From positions 269,351 through 333,350 of the forward strand of contig VRVR01000014.1 of assembly GCA_009859145.1 (NCBI GenBank): a DNA stretch of 64,000 nucleotides. Reading direction: 5' to 3'. Shown here in pieces: positions 55,095 through 64,000 of the stretch (positions within the stretch are counted from its first letter, which is position 1; each line of letters opens with the position of its first letter). The DNA comes from Andalucia godoyi And28 (Eukaryota > Protista > Jakobida). Below the pieces are notes generated by a model. It was given only the letters and a program-made list of their open reading frames with translations. It was not told the origin of the DNA and ran no database searches. A program made the translations under genes and the position numbers.

Positions 55095-58000
55095 CTATAG
55101 TTCTTGAATGTTCTTGTCAGGGTCCTCATAAAATTCCAGTTTCAAATACCAATGCTTGTCTTCCAACGACGCAACTTGTCGCAGCATCTCCTTGAACAAC
55201 TGCTCATCGCCCTTCTTCACGCGACTCTTGAAAACGGCGAGGACATCGGCAGACGAAGCCCGCTTGCCAGGCTGCTTCCTGAAAAACGCACACAGGTCCG
55301 CAAGCAGAGTTCCCCTGTCAGGATCGGCAGCAATCTTCTCGACGCTCAACGAGTCTGCAGACATGTGTTTTTCTGCCGACGTTGTCTTTTCGTATCGAAT
55401 GGTGGACTGGGCGTCGGAAAGCACATACGACGCCGTTCTGTTCATTTCAAACTCTATAGATTGCTTGTGCCGGTCTTGGGCATTCTGAATAATGCGTGCC
55501 GACGCAGCCACGAGGGTGGTGCTGCCCGAGCCTTGCTTATTGCCAAGCATCGCACCACCCGAGCTCGGCATACCTCGACCAACCATGGTGGAAGCAGTAC
55601 CTCCAAAGCGTCTTGGCGGTGTCTTTGCAGACGACAGAGAGGCCCCAGCCATCTTCTTCTGCGACAACACCAACTGACGTGCCGCCCGTTTGGCAATGAG
55701 CTCTGCTTCAATGCCCAACAGATCTTTTGCATTTCCAAGTTGGTGTTTTTCCGTTGGATCATCAAAGATGGACCGCAGCATGGATGTGTCGGAGGTGGAG
55801 TCGTTCCTTTCCTGCTCAATGAGCCTCTCCTCCGTGCCTTCCATATCTTGCCGCCTCTCATCTCCGGCCTTGTACTGCTCAATCCGGTACTGCCCGTCAA
55901 GGAGATCGTGGTCACTTTTGCTCACAGCGTCGAGCATATCGTTCCCAACATACGACTTTTCGCTTGCAGCTCCAGAGGCAAAGGCAGAGGCAGAGGCAGA
56001 CTCATGAGAGGCACATGTGGCGCCAGGTTGCTTCACTGGAAGAGCTTTCCCATCTGGCCCATAGTATTCTTCCTTCAGCGTAAACAGCTCATGCAAATCC
56101 TCGCGGCGAAAAGAGCTGCGTAGTGCTGGATCCTTCAGAACACGATCCGTCAAATACTTCTTGAAGACTTGGCGATGATGGATTTTTTCTTCGATAGTCC
56201 CTGCCGTCATAAAACGAACGACTTCCACTGGCTTCTTCTGTCCAAGCCGCCAGCATCGCTCTCGAGCCTGTGCGTCCGTCGCTGGATTCCAATCCGGATC
56301 GAAAATGACGACACGATCTGCGCCAGTAAGATTCAGCCCTAAGCCTCCAGCACGCGTCGTCAATAGGAACAGGAATATATCTTCGTTGCGATTGAAGGCA
56401 TCGACGACATTCATCCGTTGCGGAATTGCAGTGCTTCCATCAAGTCGCACACAATTGTAGCCTTCGCAAAGCGCAACATGATGCAGAATATCCAGCATCT
56501 GACGCGTTTGGCTAAACAGCAGCACTTTGTGCCCACCTTCGAACCATTTTCTCAGCATCTGCAGCAGCAACTTGAGCTTTCCAGACGTTTCCACAAGTCG
56601 GCGATACGCTTCCGTCCCAGGACGGCAGATCAGCAGCTCTTGCCCCGCAAAAACAGATGACTGATGCATGAAGATACCGCCGCTGCCAGAAGCAGTGTGC
56701 ATATGCTCTTCTTCGTCTGCCAGATCGTGAACATGATCGTCCAGAAGACTGGGGTCCGAGTCCGAGTCCGAGTCATCGGATTCGAGATCGAGTCCCTCCG
56801 GCTTTTTCCGACTTGCAGACACAGATGAAGAAATTGTAGAGGATGATGATTTTCGGCCGATGTTTTGCCGCGTCTGCGCTATGTGCTCGTTACCATCAGG
56901 GGTATCATGATTGCTGGTCCTCATGTTGTCCGATCCCATACGAGAGGCAGCACGACCACCCGTCGTCTCGATTCCATTGTTTGCACAGTTCGTGTCAGCA
57001 GTAGGTACGGCACCCTCAATCGACGGATCACGCCGCGAGGCCCTCGTCTCTTTCTCTGCAGGGTCGTCCGAATCAAGCGTGTTCCTGTGAAGCTTTCGTT
57101 GCGATTTGGTGGAGACTGCTCGGGACGCAGACATCTTATATTTCAAAGTGCTCGACGCAGAGGTAGCAGCAGTAGCAGCAGCATCATACGAAGACATCGT
57201 TTGGGATAGATCGATTCCACTTTTTCGCATTTCCTGTTCTTCAAATAGCAATGGATGGTTGCAAATCTTTCGCAAGGTAATGATCGGACGAAACGGCATC
57301 GTCCCGCGCTCCAGCACTGCTTGAACATCTTCGGACGCGAGGACCCGCCTGTACATCTTGACCTGCATGGGAGTCAAGTAGCAGTACACAATCTGTTCAG
57401 TCTTCTTCGGAAGCTGCGTCGCAACCGACTTCTTGAGCCTTCTCATTATGTACGGACGAATCAGGTCTCGTAAGATGACGGAGCACTTGTATGCTGCTTG
57501 GACCGTAAGAGAAGAGGCCGACGAATAACCACCGGATTGAATTGGCTTCGCAAACTCGTCCAGGAACGTCTGAAGCGTGCCAAGCTTCCCTGGAAACACA
57601 AAATCGAAAAGCGACCACAATTCGGATAGCCGGTTTTGAATGGGAGTTCCCGTTAGAATGAGCCGATGGGGCGTGTTCACTGCCTTGCAAGCCATGGCAA
57701 CTTCGGTCTCTGGATTTCGTATCTTGTGTCCTTCATCCAGCACAATGTATTCCCACTGGCCTTGCGTGATGACTTCGCGGTGCGACCGCAGCGTTTCATA
57801 CGACAACACAAGAATATGGCCGTCGGACAACACTTTGCGCACAAGTGCTGCTCGCGCTCGCTTGGTCTCGCTCATCGGAAACAGGAAAACACGAAACGGA
57901 GGCCACCATTTGTGCAATTCACGCACCCACTGCCTCATGACCGAAGACGGACAGACGATAAGAGACGGGCCAAACATGTTTGAGTAATGCAATGATGCAA

Positions 58001-58778
58001 GAAACGAAATGATCTGGATGGTCTTCCCCAAGCCCATTTCATCGCCTACAATGCCTCCGACGTTCTGCGAATGCAGCCCCCAGAGCCACTCAACGCCCTC
58101 CTTTTGGTAGTCCAGCAAGTTTGCCCAAATCTCCGCAGGTATGTACAGTCCACCGTCGAGGACAACGTCTTTCTGCGACACGCGCCCCTCGACGTCAGCG
58201 CCCAGGCCGCCCATCAGCTCCTTTGAATCCGGTCTGAGAATCGGCATGCTGTACCCTTCATCCAGGTTTTCGACCTGTTCTAATGAAAAAATGGATGCCT
58301 CCGCACTCTGCGACTCCCTTCGCAAATCTTCCATCCGCTGCCTTCTCTTCAGATAGTCCGCGTCTCGATTGTCATTTCTCAATTCCGCTTCCAATTCTTC
58401 GCGATATCTCTTCCGTTTCACACTCGCCATACTTCCAGGTCTCAACAGGCTCGCAGTGGACGACGCAGACGAAGATGCTGGGGCAGCACTGCCTGAAAAA
58501 AGCCACTCAGCATCATCCTGCACAGCCTTCTTCTCGCCAGATTTCAGCTTCAGAATATCCCTTTTGATCAGCTTCTGCTTTTCAAGAAGAGGAATCAGTC
58601 TGTCCTCCAACTTCTGGATTTCAGACGCAGACGCAGAAGTCGTCATTTTATTCCGAATCAGCATTATCTCGCTGTTTTTCTGCTTCAGCTCATGCTGCAA
58701 AACTCTTGTTTCCTTCTCTGCAATGATCTGAGCCTCGAGATCTTCTGCCTCCACCGTTCTATATTCATCTGGATTCAT
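55095..58778 (-). CDS. ERCC6: ERCC6/CSB (Rad26) SNF2-family ATPase
   Basis: LLDYQKEGVEWLW...GDEMGLGKTIQIISFL, VLDEGHKIRNP, LTGTPIQNRLSELWSLFDF, LLTTRAGGLGLNLTGADRV, DPDWNPATDAQARERCWRLGQ and a C-terminal winged-helix-like domain. Confidence 0.93.
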   Translation of the reverse strand: MNPDEYRTVEAEDLEAQIIAEKETRVLQHELKQKNSEIMLIRNKMTTSASASEIQKLEDRLIPLLEKQKLIKRDILKLKSGEKKAVQDDAEWLFSGSAAPASSSASSTASLLRPGSMASVKRKRYREELEAELRNDNRDADYLKRRQRMEDLRRESQSAEASIFSLEQVENLDEGYSMPILRPDSKELMGGLGADVEGRVSQKDVVLDGGLYIPAEIWANLLDYQKEGVEWLWGLHSQNVGGIVGDEMGLGKTIQIISFLASLHYSNMFGPSLIVCPSSVMRQWVRELHKWWPPFRVFLFPMSETKRARAALVRKVLSDGHILVLSYETLRSHREVITQGQWEYIVLDEGHKIRNPETEVAMACKAVNTPHRLILTGTPIQNRLSELWSLFDFVFPGKLGTLQTFLDEFAKPIQSGGYSSASSLTVQAAYKCSVILRDLIRPYIMRRLKKSVATQLPKKTEQIVYCYLTPMQVKMYRRVLASEDVQAVLERGTMPFRPIITLRKICNHPLLFEEQEMRKSGIDLSQTMSSYDAAATAATSASSTLKYKMSASRAVSTKSQRKLHRNTLDSDDPAEKETRASRRDPSIEGAVPTADTNCANNGIETTGGRAASRMGSDNMRTSNHDTPDGNEHIAQTRQNIGRKSSSSTISSSVSASRKKPEGLDLESDDSDSDSDPSLLDDHVHDLADEEEHMHTASGSGGIFMHQSSVFAGQELLICRPGTEAYRRLVETSGKLKLLLQMLRKWFEGGHKVLLFSQTRQMLDILHHVALCEGYNCVRLDGSTAIPQRMNVVDAFNRNEDIFLFLLTTRAGGLGLNLTGADRVVIFDPDWNPATDAQARERCWRLGQKKPVEVVRFMTAGTIEEKIHHRQVFKKYLTDRVLKDPALRSSFRREDLHELFTLKEEYYGPDGKALPVKQPGATCASHESASASAFASGAASEKSYVGNDMLDAVSKSDHDLLDGQYRIEQYKAGDERRQDMEGTEERLIEQERNDSTSDTSMLRSIFDDPTEKHQLGNAKDLLGIEAELIAKRAARQLVLSQKKMAGASLSSAKTPPRRFGGTASTMVGRGMPSSGGAMLGNKQGSGSTTLVAASARIIQNAQDRHKQSIEFEMNRTASYVLSDAQSTIRYEKTTSAEKHMSADSLSVEKIAADPDRGTLLADLCAFFRKQPGKRASSADVLAVFKSRVKKGDEQLFKEMLRQVASLEDKHWYLKLEFYEDPDKNIQEL

Positions 58779-59082
58779 GCTCTCCCGTCTCCAGAGTCCA
58801 GAAGACCTCAGACCACCGCACAATGCACTCTCCTAGAAAAACAACAACAAAATAAACAACAAATAAAATCAAATAAATATAATAACAATAATAACAATAA
58901 TAACAATAATAATAACCAACTATATATTTTTTAAAATTTCGTATTCTGGAAAATCGCAGACTTCACGGAAACACAAGAACGAGTCGAGTATGAGGATGAG
59001 TGTGAGCCAAGTTGTTTGCATTTTACGGAGAGACACGACATACATGCGAAATTACGGACGGCCGTGGTTGAACGTTGAGCGT

Positions 59083-62000
59083 TCAGCGTCTCTTTTCGAC
59101 AAACATCTTGGAGTATCCACCAAGTTGTTTCTTTGGCTGCAACGGGGCGACGTCCGGTTTCGGAGGCTGCGCATACCTGAGTGGTTCTGGTGAGCCATCC
59201 GGTTGTTCCTTGTCCGCTGGTGGCGGTGCTTGTGCTTCCCATTTCTTGCGCAAGGCTTTGGGCGGTGGCCGGGACGACGGCACGGGATGCTCGGGAGACC
59301 CTTGCGCAGCGGGTTTCTGTGGAGGTGGCAACGGCTTCAGGTTCTTTGGAATGCCTGCCTTGGAGTGTTTGGAAGCCAGCCGGTTCGATGGCGGCCGTTC
59401 AGCAAAGCGTGCGAGGCAGCCGGAACTCATGATTTCGAGTGCTTCAACTGCGGTGAGGAACCAGGGGACTCGGAAAGAGGTCATCTGGGGCCTGCGGACA
59501 GGAGAAACACTGGGCACTGGCCCCTGAATGGCACATTCTGTAATGCCAGGTCCGTAGGCCTGCTGACACCATCGGTTCACAAAACTGATATACTGTGCAT
59601 TCAAGATATCCGCAGAGGTTGCGCACACGTTTGCGAGATCTTGCGCATCCGCGAGGTAGGCCTCTAGGTTCTCCGCAGGATCCGCTGCTGACTGTCTTGA
59701 GGAGTACATTTCCCGAGGAGAAAGGCTTTTCCCAAAGAGCATGCTCAGCCGCACGGCACCCTTTTGATCGAACCTTCGGCGTGCCAGCGCACCTTCTCGC
59801 TCTGTCAAGTCACCTGCTGTCGACGAGCGATGCGACAACTGTGGATTGGTCAGCTCATCCACCGACAGATGATTCAATCGGAAATCGCCAGTGACTGCAT
59901 CTTGGACGTAAAGAGGAAGGAACTGCAGAGCATTCTGAGAAATAAACTGAAGGACCTTCACGAGACGAGAAACAACCCGGTCAGTCATGGCAGGGTCACC
60001 AACGGACAGGGATAGCCAACACGCAGAAAATGACAAGTCGACATCGTCCACGTGCGTCAGGAAAGAATCCGAAGGCCTGGCATTCATACTTGCAGCGTCG
60101 CTTCGTCGATGCAGCGTAAAACTTCGAAGAGAACCGTACACTTCAAATGCGGACCGCAGAAGTGATGAAGAAAGCGTGCGGGAACTGCAGGAACGAACAA
60201 CCGCGATTCGTATTCCAAACAAGTCTCTAACAAGAGCAGAAACGAACTGCGGATGCAGAAGCCGCTTGGATGGCTCGTGGACCATCAAAAACGAAATAGA
60301 CGGCACATTCGTTAAGCAAACTTGCGCAGCAGTCGCTTCGTGACCAAAGTCCTGGATGCGAACAGAGCGAGGGTCGTAGTACGAGGCAATTCTGCGAACG
60401 GCTGGCTGGTCCGCGCCCGGTGCGTCTATCAGCAGAAAGGATGCATCTCGTTCGAACAGCGTCTCCAGGATTCGCATGGTATTGACATACGGTCGTAGGC
60501 ACAGGAAATGGAAAGATAGCGACTGCCTCCACTGCATCACAAGCCCTGTTCGAATGATGCCAATCCACTGCGCAGGGTTGCTCATTTCTGCTGCCTCCAT
60601 CATTTGTATGTGCTGCAGATACACGATCGCATCTACCAACTGCGACAACGACGGGACATTTTGATAATCGAGATCGCGTTCCTCTCCTTCGAACCCATTC
60701 GGTCGCGACATCTCCTGTCGTCGCTTCACCTTTTGATGAAGCACGCCCTTGTACGTCGTTGGGTTACTGCGCTTCTTCTCTGGGGATCCGACGCCAGCCG
60801 GGGAATCGGGATTGCGAAGCAGTCGATGTGAAACGACCAGCATGCCAGATGTTGACTGTCCGCCGGGACAGAAGGACAGATCACCAACAATTGCATCGCA
60901 ATTTCCGGCCGGAATCGAAGAATTCATCCACGAAGTCGTCTGCGTAAACGATGAATAGGGCATGGCATGCGTCGCATCCCAAATTGAAAGTGCAGAGTAC
61001 TGGTGCAGCAGAGCAGTGATGCGATCGACGTGTGCACCGCGACCAGAGAGCGGATCAACAGCCCGGAAGCATCCAATGCGAAGGGGACGATCTTGTGTGG
61101 ACTGCAGCAGACGCTCAAGATGCAGCTCATCAATGTAGGAGGAGTCGTAGCCTTGATTCGAATGGTCATCCTGCGAACGATGCGCGCCGCGGGGATTAGC
61201 ATTTTGGAAGGATGATTTGATAATGTCATCGGAGGACCGATGTAAGATGTGAGGCGAATAGGACACAGGAATAATCTCCACAACCGTTTCTTTCCACAGT
61301 GCGTACAACGGATCTTGAGAATCGGATTCCGACGACCCACTCTTCACTAAAAACACCACGGGAACCAGCGATTCTGCAGAAGACGTTCGATTTCCTCCAT
61401 CAGCCGCATTCATGTTTTCATGGACGTCGAAGCGATCTGGTAAGCGTAATGGTGGCAGCTGGCGACCCGTGAAGGCGTTTCCTTCTCTCATTCCAAGCGC
61501 AGAAGACGACGACGTGGAAGACGAACTTCCCAGCCGCACTTGTCTCAAATGCAGCATATCGATCCATCGGGAAAGTGCGTCCATAGAATTCTCCCCGACA
61601 AAGAACACACTATCACTTGCACTTTTTGCCCCAAACGTATCTCGCACAAGCTGCTTGGCGTCCTTTCGAAACGAATCGAGTTGTTTTTCTGTTGCAGGTG
61701 ACAGTTTCGACGACCCGAACAACGGAAGCACGTGTTTTCGAAGAAAATCTTCAATAACAGTAAGCGGTCTTCCAGGCTGAAAGGGATCCAGAAACAAGCA
61801 TCGTCTTCGCAGAACAGTTTCACAGGCCATTCCAGAAAAGATGCTGGTATCTTCTTCGCGATCATCTCCAATCCGCGCAAAATCTGACAAGTGCATTGAG
61901 GACAGCGACTCTTCGCGCCGGCCAATCAACGGCTCTCGTGTTGAATCGGGAGCGGTTTCCGATTTTGTACTTCTGGAGGAATCGGGAGGCGAGACGCGCG

Positions 62001-63726
62001 GGGATCGAGCACTTGAGAGGCTGGCGGGAGGGGGAGCTGGCATTCGGGCCGATGATCGCGCGGTGGTGGAGAAGGGCTCCGCTGGCTGCGAAGGCACCTT
62101 CGGAGATGCGGATACCGAAAGTGGCGGTGGAGCAACAAAGGAGGCAGAAGACTGTACAATCGCCATCCGATCCGAGTAAACCAGGTCTTGCTGATGGGAC
62201 ATCACAGATGCTTGGTCGTAGTCAAGATTGATATTCTGGGACTGGCGGCTGAACCCAAATGGCTGGCCATCCGTGGAAGGTTCTTTGGAAAGCACTTGCT
62301 GAGACTCGGATAGACCCTTGTTCGGTGGAGAAAATTCTTCAAACGGCGAACTGTCCGATTCCGTGTACATAGACGACAAGTGCAAATAGGCAGGCGTGTC
62401 ACCCAGGACCTCTCCGGAGCTGTCCGCCGGAATAGGAACTCGGTGACTCTGGGGAGACTGGGCAGAGGGAGAGGGCCGGTCGGTGGTGATCCACGGCATC
62501 GCCTTCGAATCGGATGATTCCGATAGTGTCTGTTGGGATAGATGTGCAGACGACCAAGGGTCCAGAGGGTCCAGTGGGCTCGATTCTTGGACTTGGGGTG
62601 TTTTCGCTGGGTCTTCCGCATACCCTGCAGACTCCCTTTCTCCGTCTCCATCCGCAGAATCCACGATGTCCACGACAATAAGCGGGATGGCAGCGGGAGC
62701 GGCAGCTGCGTCGCCCCCCAAATCAGCGTTGAATTCTGCTGGTTCCGCGTCCTGAACAGCGAGTTCTGGGGTCTGCTCCGCCGTCACATCAATGTCTGTC
62801 GAATGCTGTTCAATTAGACTCTGTTCCGCTTGTGAAACCTCTTGGTCGACGACACTTGACACCTCGTGCTGCGAATTCCCTGCAGCACCGCCAGCACCGT
62901 CTCTACAAGCATCTTCATCATCCAGAACACTTGTTGGGGGCCGCGGTGCGTCCCCCGATGCGCTATCGATGTGGGTGGAAACTTCATTGTTGATACTGGA
63001 CTCTTCGTCCGCAGCGGCAACACCAGCAGCGGGATTCTCTGCCGTGAAAACACCGCTGTTCTCCACAGATGCATCTGGGGCTGCGGCTTGCATCTGCGAT
63101 TTCGCTCCTTCTTGTGCATGTGCGTCTCCGTCTCCGTCTCCGTGGGCGCCAGCAGCGGAAAGCGGTACTTCAGCAGTTCCCTCACGATCCACAACAGGAC
63201 AGTCATCCGACGCCAAGGCTGCTTGACTTGCATCCTGACTGCTTGCCATGGGTGGCAATTCTGCGGGCTCGACGACTGCCGCAGATTCTGGAGGGCCAGC
63301 GATGTCCCGCTCTCTCTCAGCATAGCCAGCACTGTCCTCGGCATCATCCATCTTGTCCTGCTTCATCACTGCCCCCCCATCCGCAGAAGCAAATGGGTCT
63401 GCAGTCACGGAAGACGCATGATCCTCTGTGGCCTCTTGAGCGTAACTCTGTGCGCCATCAGCCACCGGGAACGATGCATTTGCAGGAGCTTCCATGTCTT
63501 GTTGTAAAGTCGGAGATGGGGCCTGCACACACTCGCCTTCCGGTAATTGTTCAGCACTCGGCGGCCGTGGACTTTCTGATAAACACGCTGGTTCCAAGTC
63601 TTGTTGCTCGGTGCTCAGCTCACTTCGATCACAAGTAAAACGTTCTTCCAAAGGCAAAAAAGACTCAACTGCTGCTGCTACTTGTGGCTGAGATTCTGGT
63701 GGCGGCGGCGGTTCCGGATCCGACAT
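59083..63726 (-). CDS. Large protein: acidic disordered N-terminus plus a degenerate class-V aminotransferase (SufS-like) domain
   Basis: AKQLVRDTFGA...VFFVG..SMDAL, RIGCFRAVDPLSG, ALSIWDATHAMPY, DAIVGDLSFCPGGQSTSGMLVV, WIGIIRTGL. The expected S.HK PLP lysine is absent. Confidence 0.8.
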   Translation of the reverse strand: MSDPEPPPPPESQPQVAAAVESFLPLEERFTCDRSELSTEQQDLEPACLSESPRPPSAEQLPEGECVQAPSPTLQQDMEAPANASFPVADGAQSYAQEATEDHASSVTADPFASADGGAVMKQDKMDDAEDSAGYAERERDIAGPPESAAVVEPAELPPMASSQDASQAALASDDCPVVDREGTAEVPLSAAGAHGDGDGDAHAQEGAKSQMQAAAPDASVENSGVFTAENPAAGVAAADEESSINNEVSTHIDSASGDAPRPPTSVLDDEDACRDGAGGAAGNSQHEVSSVVDQEVSQAEQSLIEQHSTDIDVTAEQTPELAVQDAEPAEFNADLGGDAAAAPAAIPLIVVDIVDSADGDGERESAGYAEDPAKTPQVQESSPLDPLDPWSSAHLSQQTLSESSDSKAMPWITTDRPSPSAQSPQSHRVPIPADSSGEVLGDTPAYLHLSSMYTESDSSPFEEFSPPNKGLSESQQVLSKEPSTDGQPFGFSRQSQNINLDYDQASVMSHQQDLVYSDRMAIVQSSASFVAPPPLSVSASPKVPSQPAEPFSTTARSSARMPAPPPASLSSARSPRVSPPDSSRSTKSETAPDSTREPLIGRREESLSSMHLSDFARIGDDREEDTSIFSGMACETVLRRRCLFLDPFQPGRPLTVIEDFLRKHVLPLFGSSKLSPATEKQLDSFRKDAKQLVRDTFGAKSASDSVFFVGENSMDALSRWIDMLHLRQVRLGSSSSTSSSSALGMREGNAFTGRQLPPLRLPDRFDVHENMNAADGGNRTSSAESLVPVVFLVKSGSSESDSQDPLYALWKETVVEIIPVSYSPHILHRSSDDIIKSSFQNANPRGAHRSQDDHSNQGYDSSYIDELHLERLLQSTQDRPLRIGCFRAVDPLSGRGAHVDRITALLHQYSALSIWDATHAMPYSSFTQTTSWMNSSIPAGNCDAIVGDLSFCPGGQSTSGMLVVSHRLLRNPDSPAGVGSPEKKRSNPTTYKGVLHQKVKRRQEMSRPNGFEGEERDLDYQNVPSLSQLVDAIVYLQHIQMMEAAEMSNPAQWIGIIRTGLVMQWRQSLSFHFLCLRPYVNTMRILETLFERDASFLLIDAPGADQPAVRRIASYYDPRSVRIQDFGHEATAAQVCLTNVPSISFLMVHEPSKRLLHPQFVSALVRDLFGIRIAVVRSCSSRTLSSSLLRSAFEVYGSLRSFTLHRRSDAASMNARPSDSFLTHVDDVDLSFSACWLSLSVGDPAMTDRVVSRLVKVLQFISQNALQFLPLYVQDAVTGDFRLNHLSVDELTNPQLSHRSSTAGDLTEREGALARRRFDQKGAVRLSMLFGKSLSPREMYSSRQSAADPAENLEAYLADAQDLANVCATSADILNAQYISFVNRWCQQAYGPGITECAIQGPVPSVSPVRRPQMTSFRVPWFLTAVEALEIMSSGCLARFAERPPSNRLASKHSKAGIPKNLKPLPPPQKPAAQGSPEHPVPSSRPPPKALRKKWEAQAPPPADKEQPDGSPEPLRYAQPPKPDVAPLQPKKQLGGYSKMFVEKRR

Positions 63727-64000
63727 TCGTTAGCATCAGTCCCTTTTTTTTTTTCCCTCTCCTCTTTTTTTTCTTCTCTATGCTCCGTTCTGTTAGGGCC
63801 GTGCTTGTATGTCCCGTTTGTTTGGGTTTCTGACAGCAACGACGCTTTTGTCAAGCAGTCTGAGCAAAAAAACAACGAGAGTGATTTATCGATATCAAAC
63901 GGATCCAATGCTACAGCCGTTTTCTGCTGCCCTGATTTCCCGCTTGAGGCTTGAGGCCCGACACGGCTGCGGCTGCTGTAGAGTCTCTGTGTCTCTGTAC

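Noticed and set aside
55104-56123. 339-aa plus-strand ORF, and similar long ORFs at 13234-14055, 21674-22405, 36474-37626 and 43715-44485
   Set aside because: All lie antisense to well-supported genes and have no motifs.
1-64000. rRNA, tRNA, snoRNA, or an intact transposase/Fanzor ORF
   Set aside because: No convincing cloverleaf, rRNA or box C/D structure was seen by eye, and no full-length nuclease or recombinase is present in this window.

Overview
Gene-dense, intron-poor window from a microbial eukaryote (roughly 50-55% GC by eye; no taxon can be called from sequence alone). It holds about 30 protein genes, mostly housekeeping: USP12/46, FNIP, HGH1, WDR89, Ras, ERH, PDF, RPS11, GINS2, ARV1, LYRM7, THOC2, an FKBP-TPR protein, RSAD1/HemW and CSB. 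Six short GT-AG introns (92-175 nt) could be reconstructed. No rRNA, tRNA or CRISPR array was seen. The main non-routine signal is a set of Fanzor2/IS607-TnpB-like non-autonomous elements. Two copies (35153-35463 minus, 50267-50774 plus) share a left end and a structured right end that looks like an omegaRNA scaffold, are bounded by CG at both ends, and keep different parts of the nuclease gene. A third, more diverged remnant lies near 22.8 kb. Other notable items: a head-to-head pair of paralogues of an unrecognised family, a Kelch-Roc-COR protein without a kinase, a 35-aa SMIM30-like micropeptide missed by the ORF track, a frameshifted THOC2 tail, two myristoylation-motif/RVxF proteins, a CAAX-less Ras and a PLP-lysine-less aminotransferase-V pseudoenzyme. 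All family calls come from motif recognition by eye; no database search was run.
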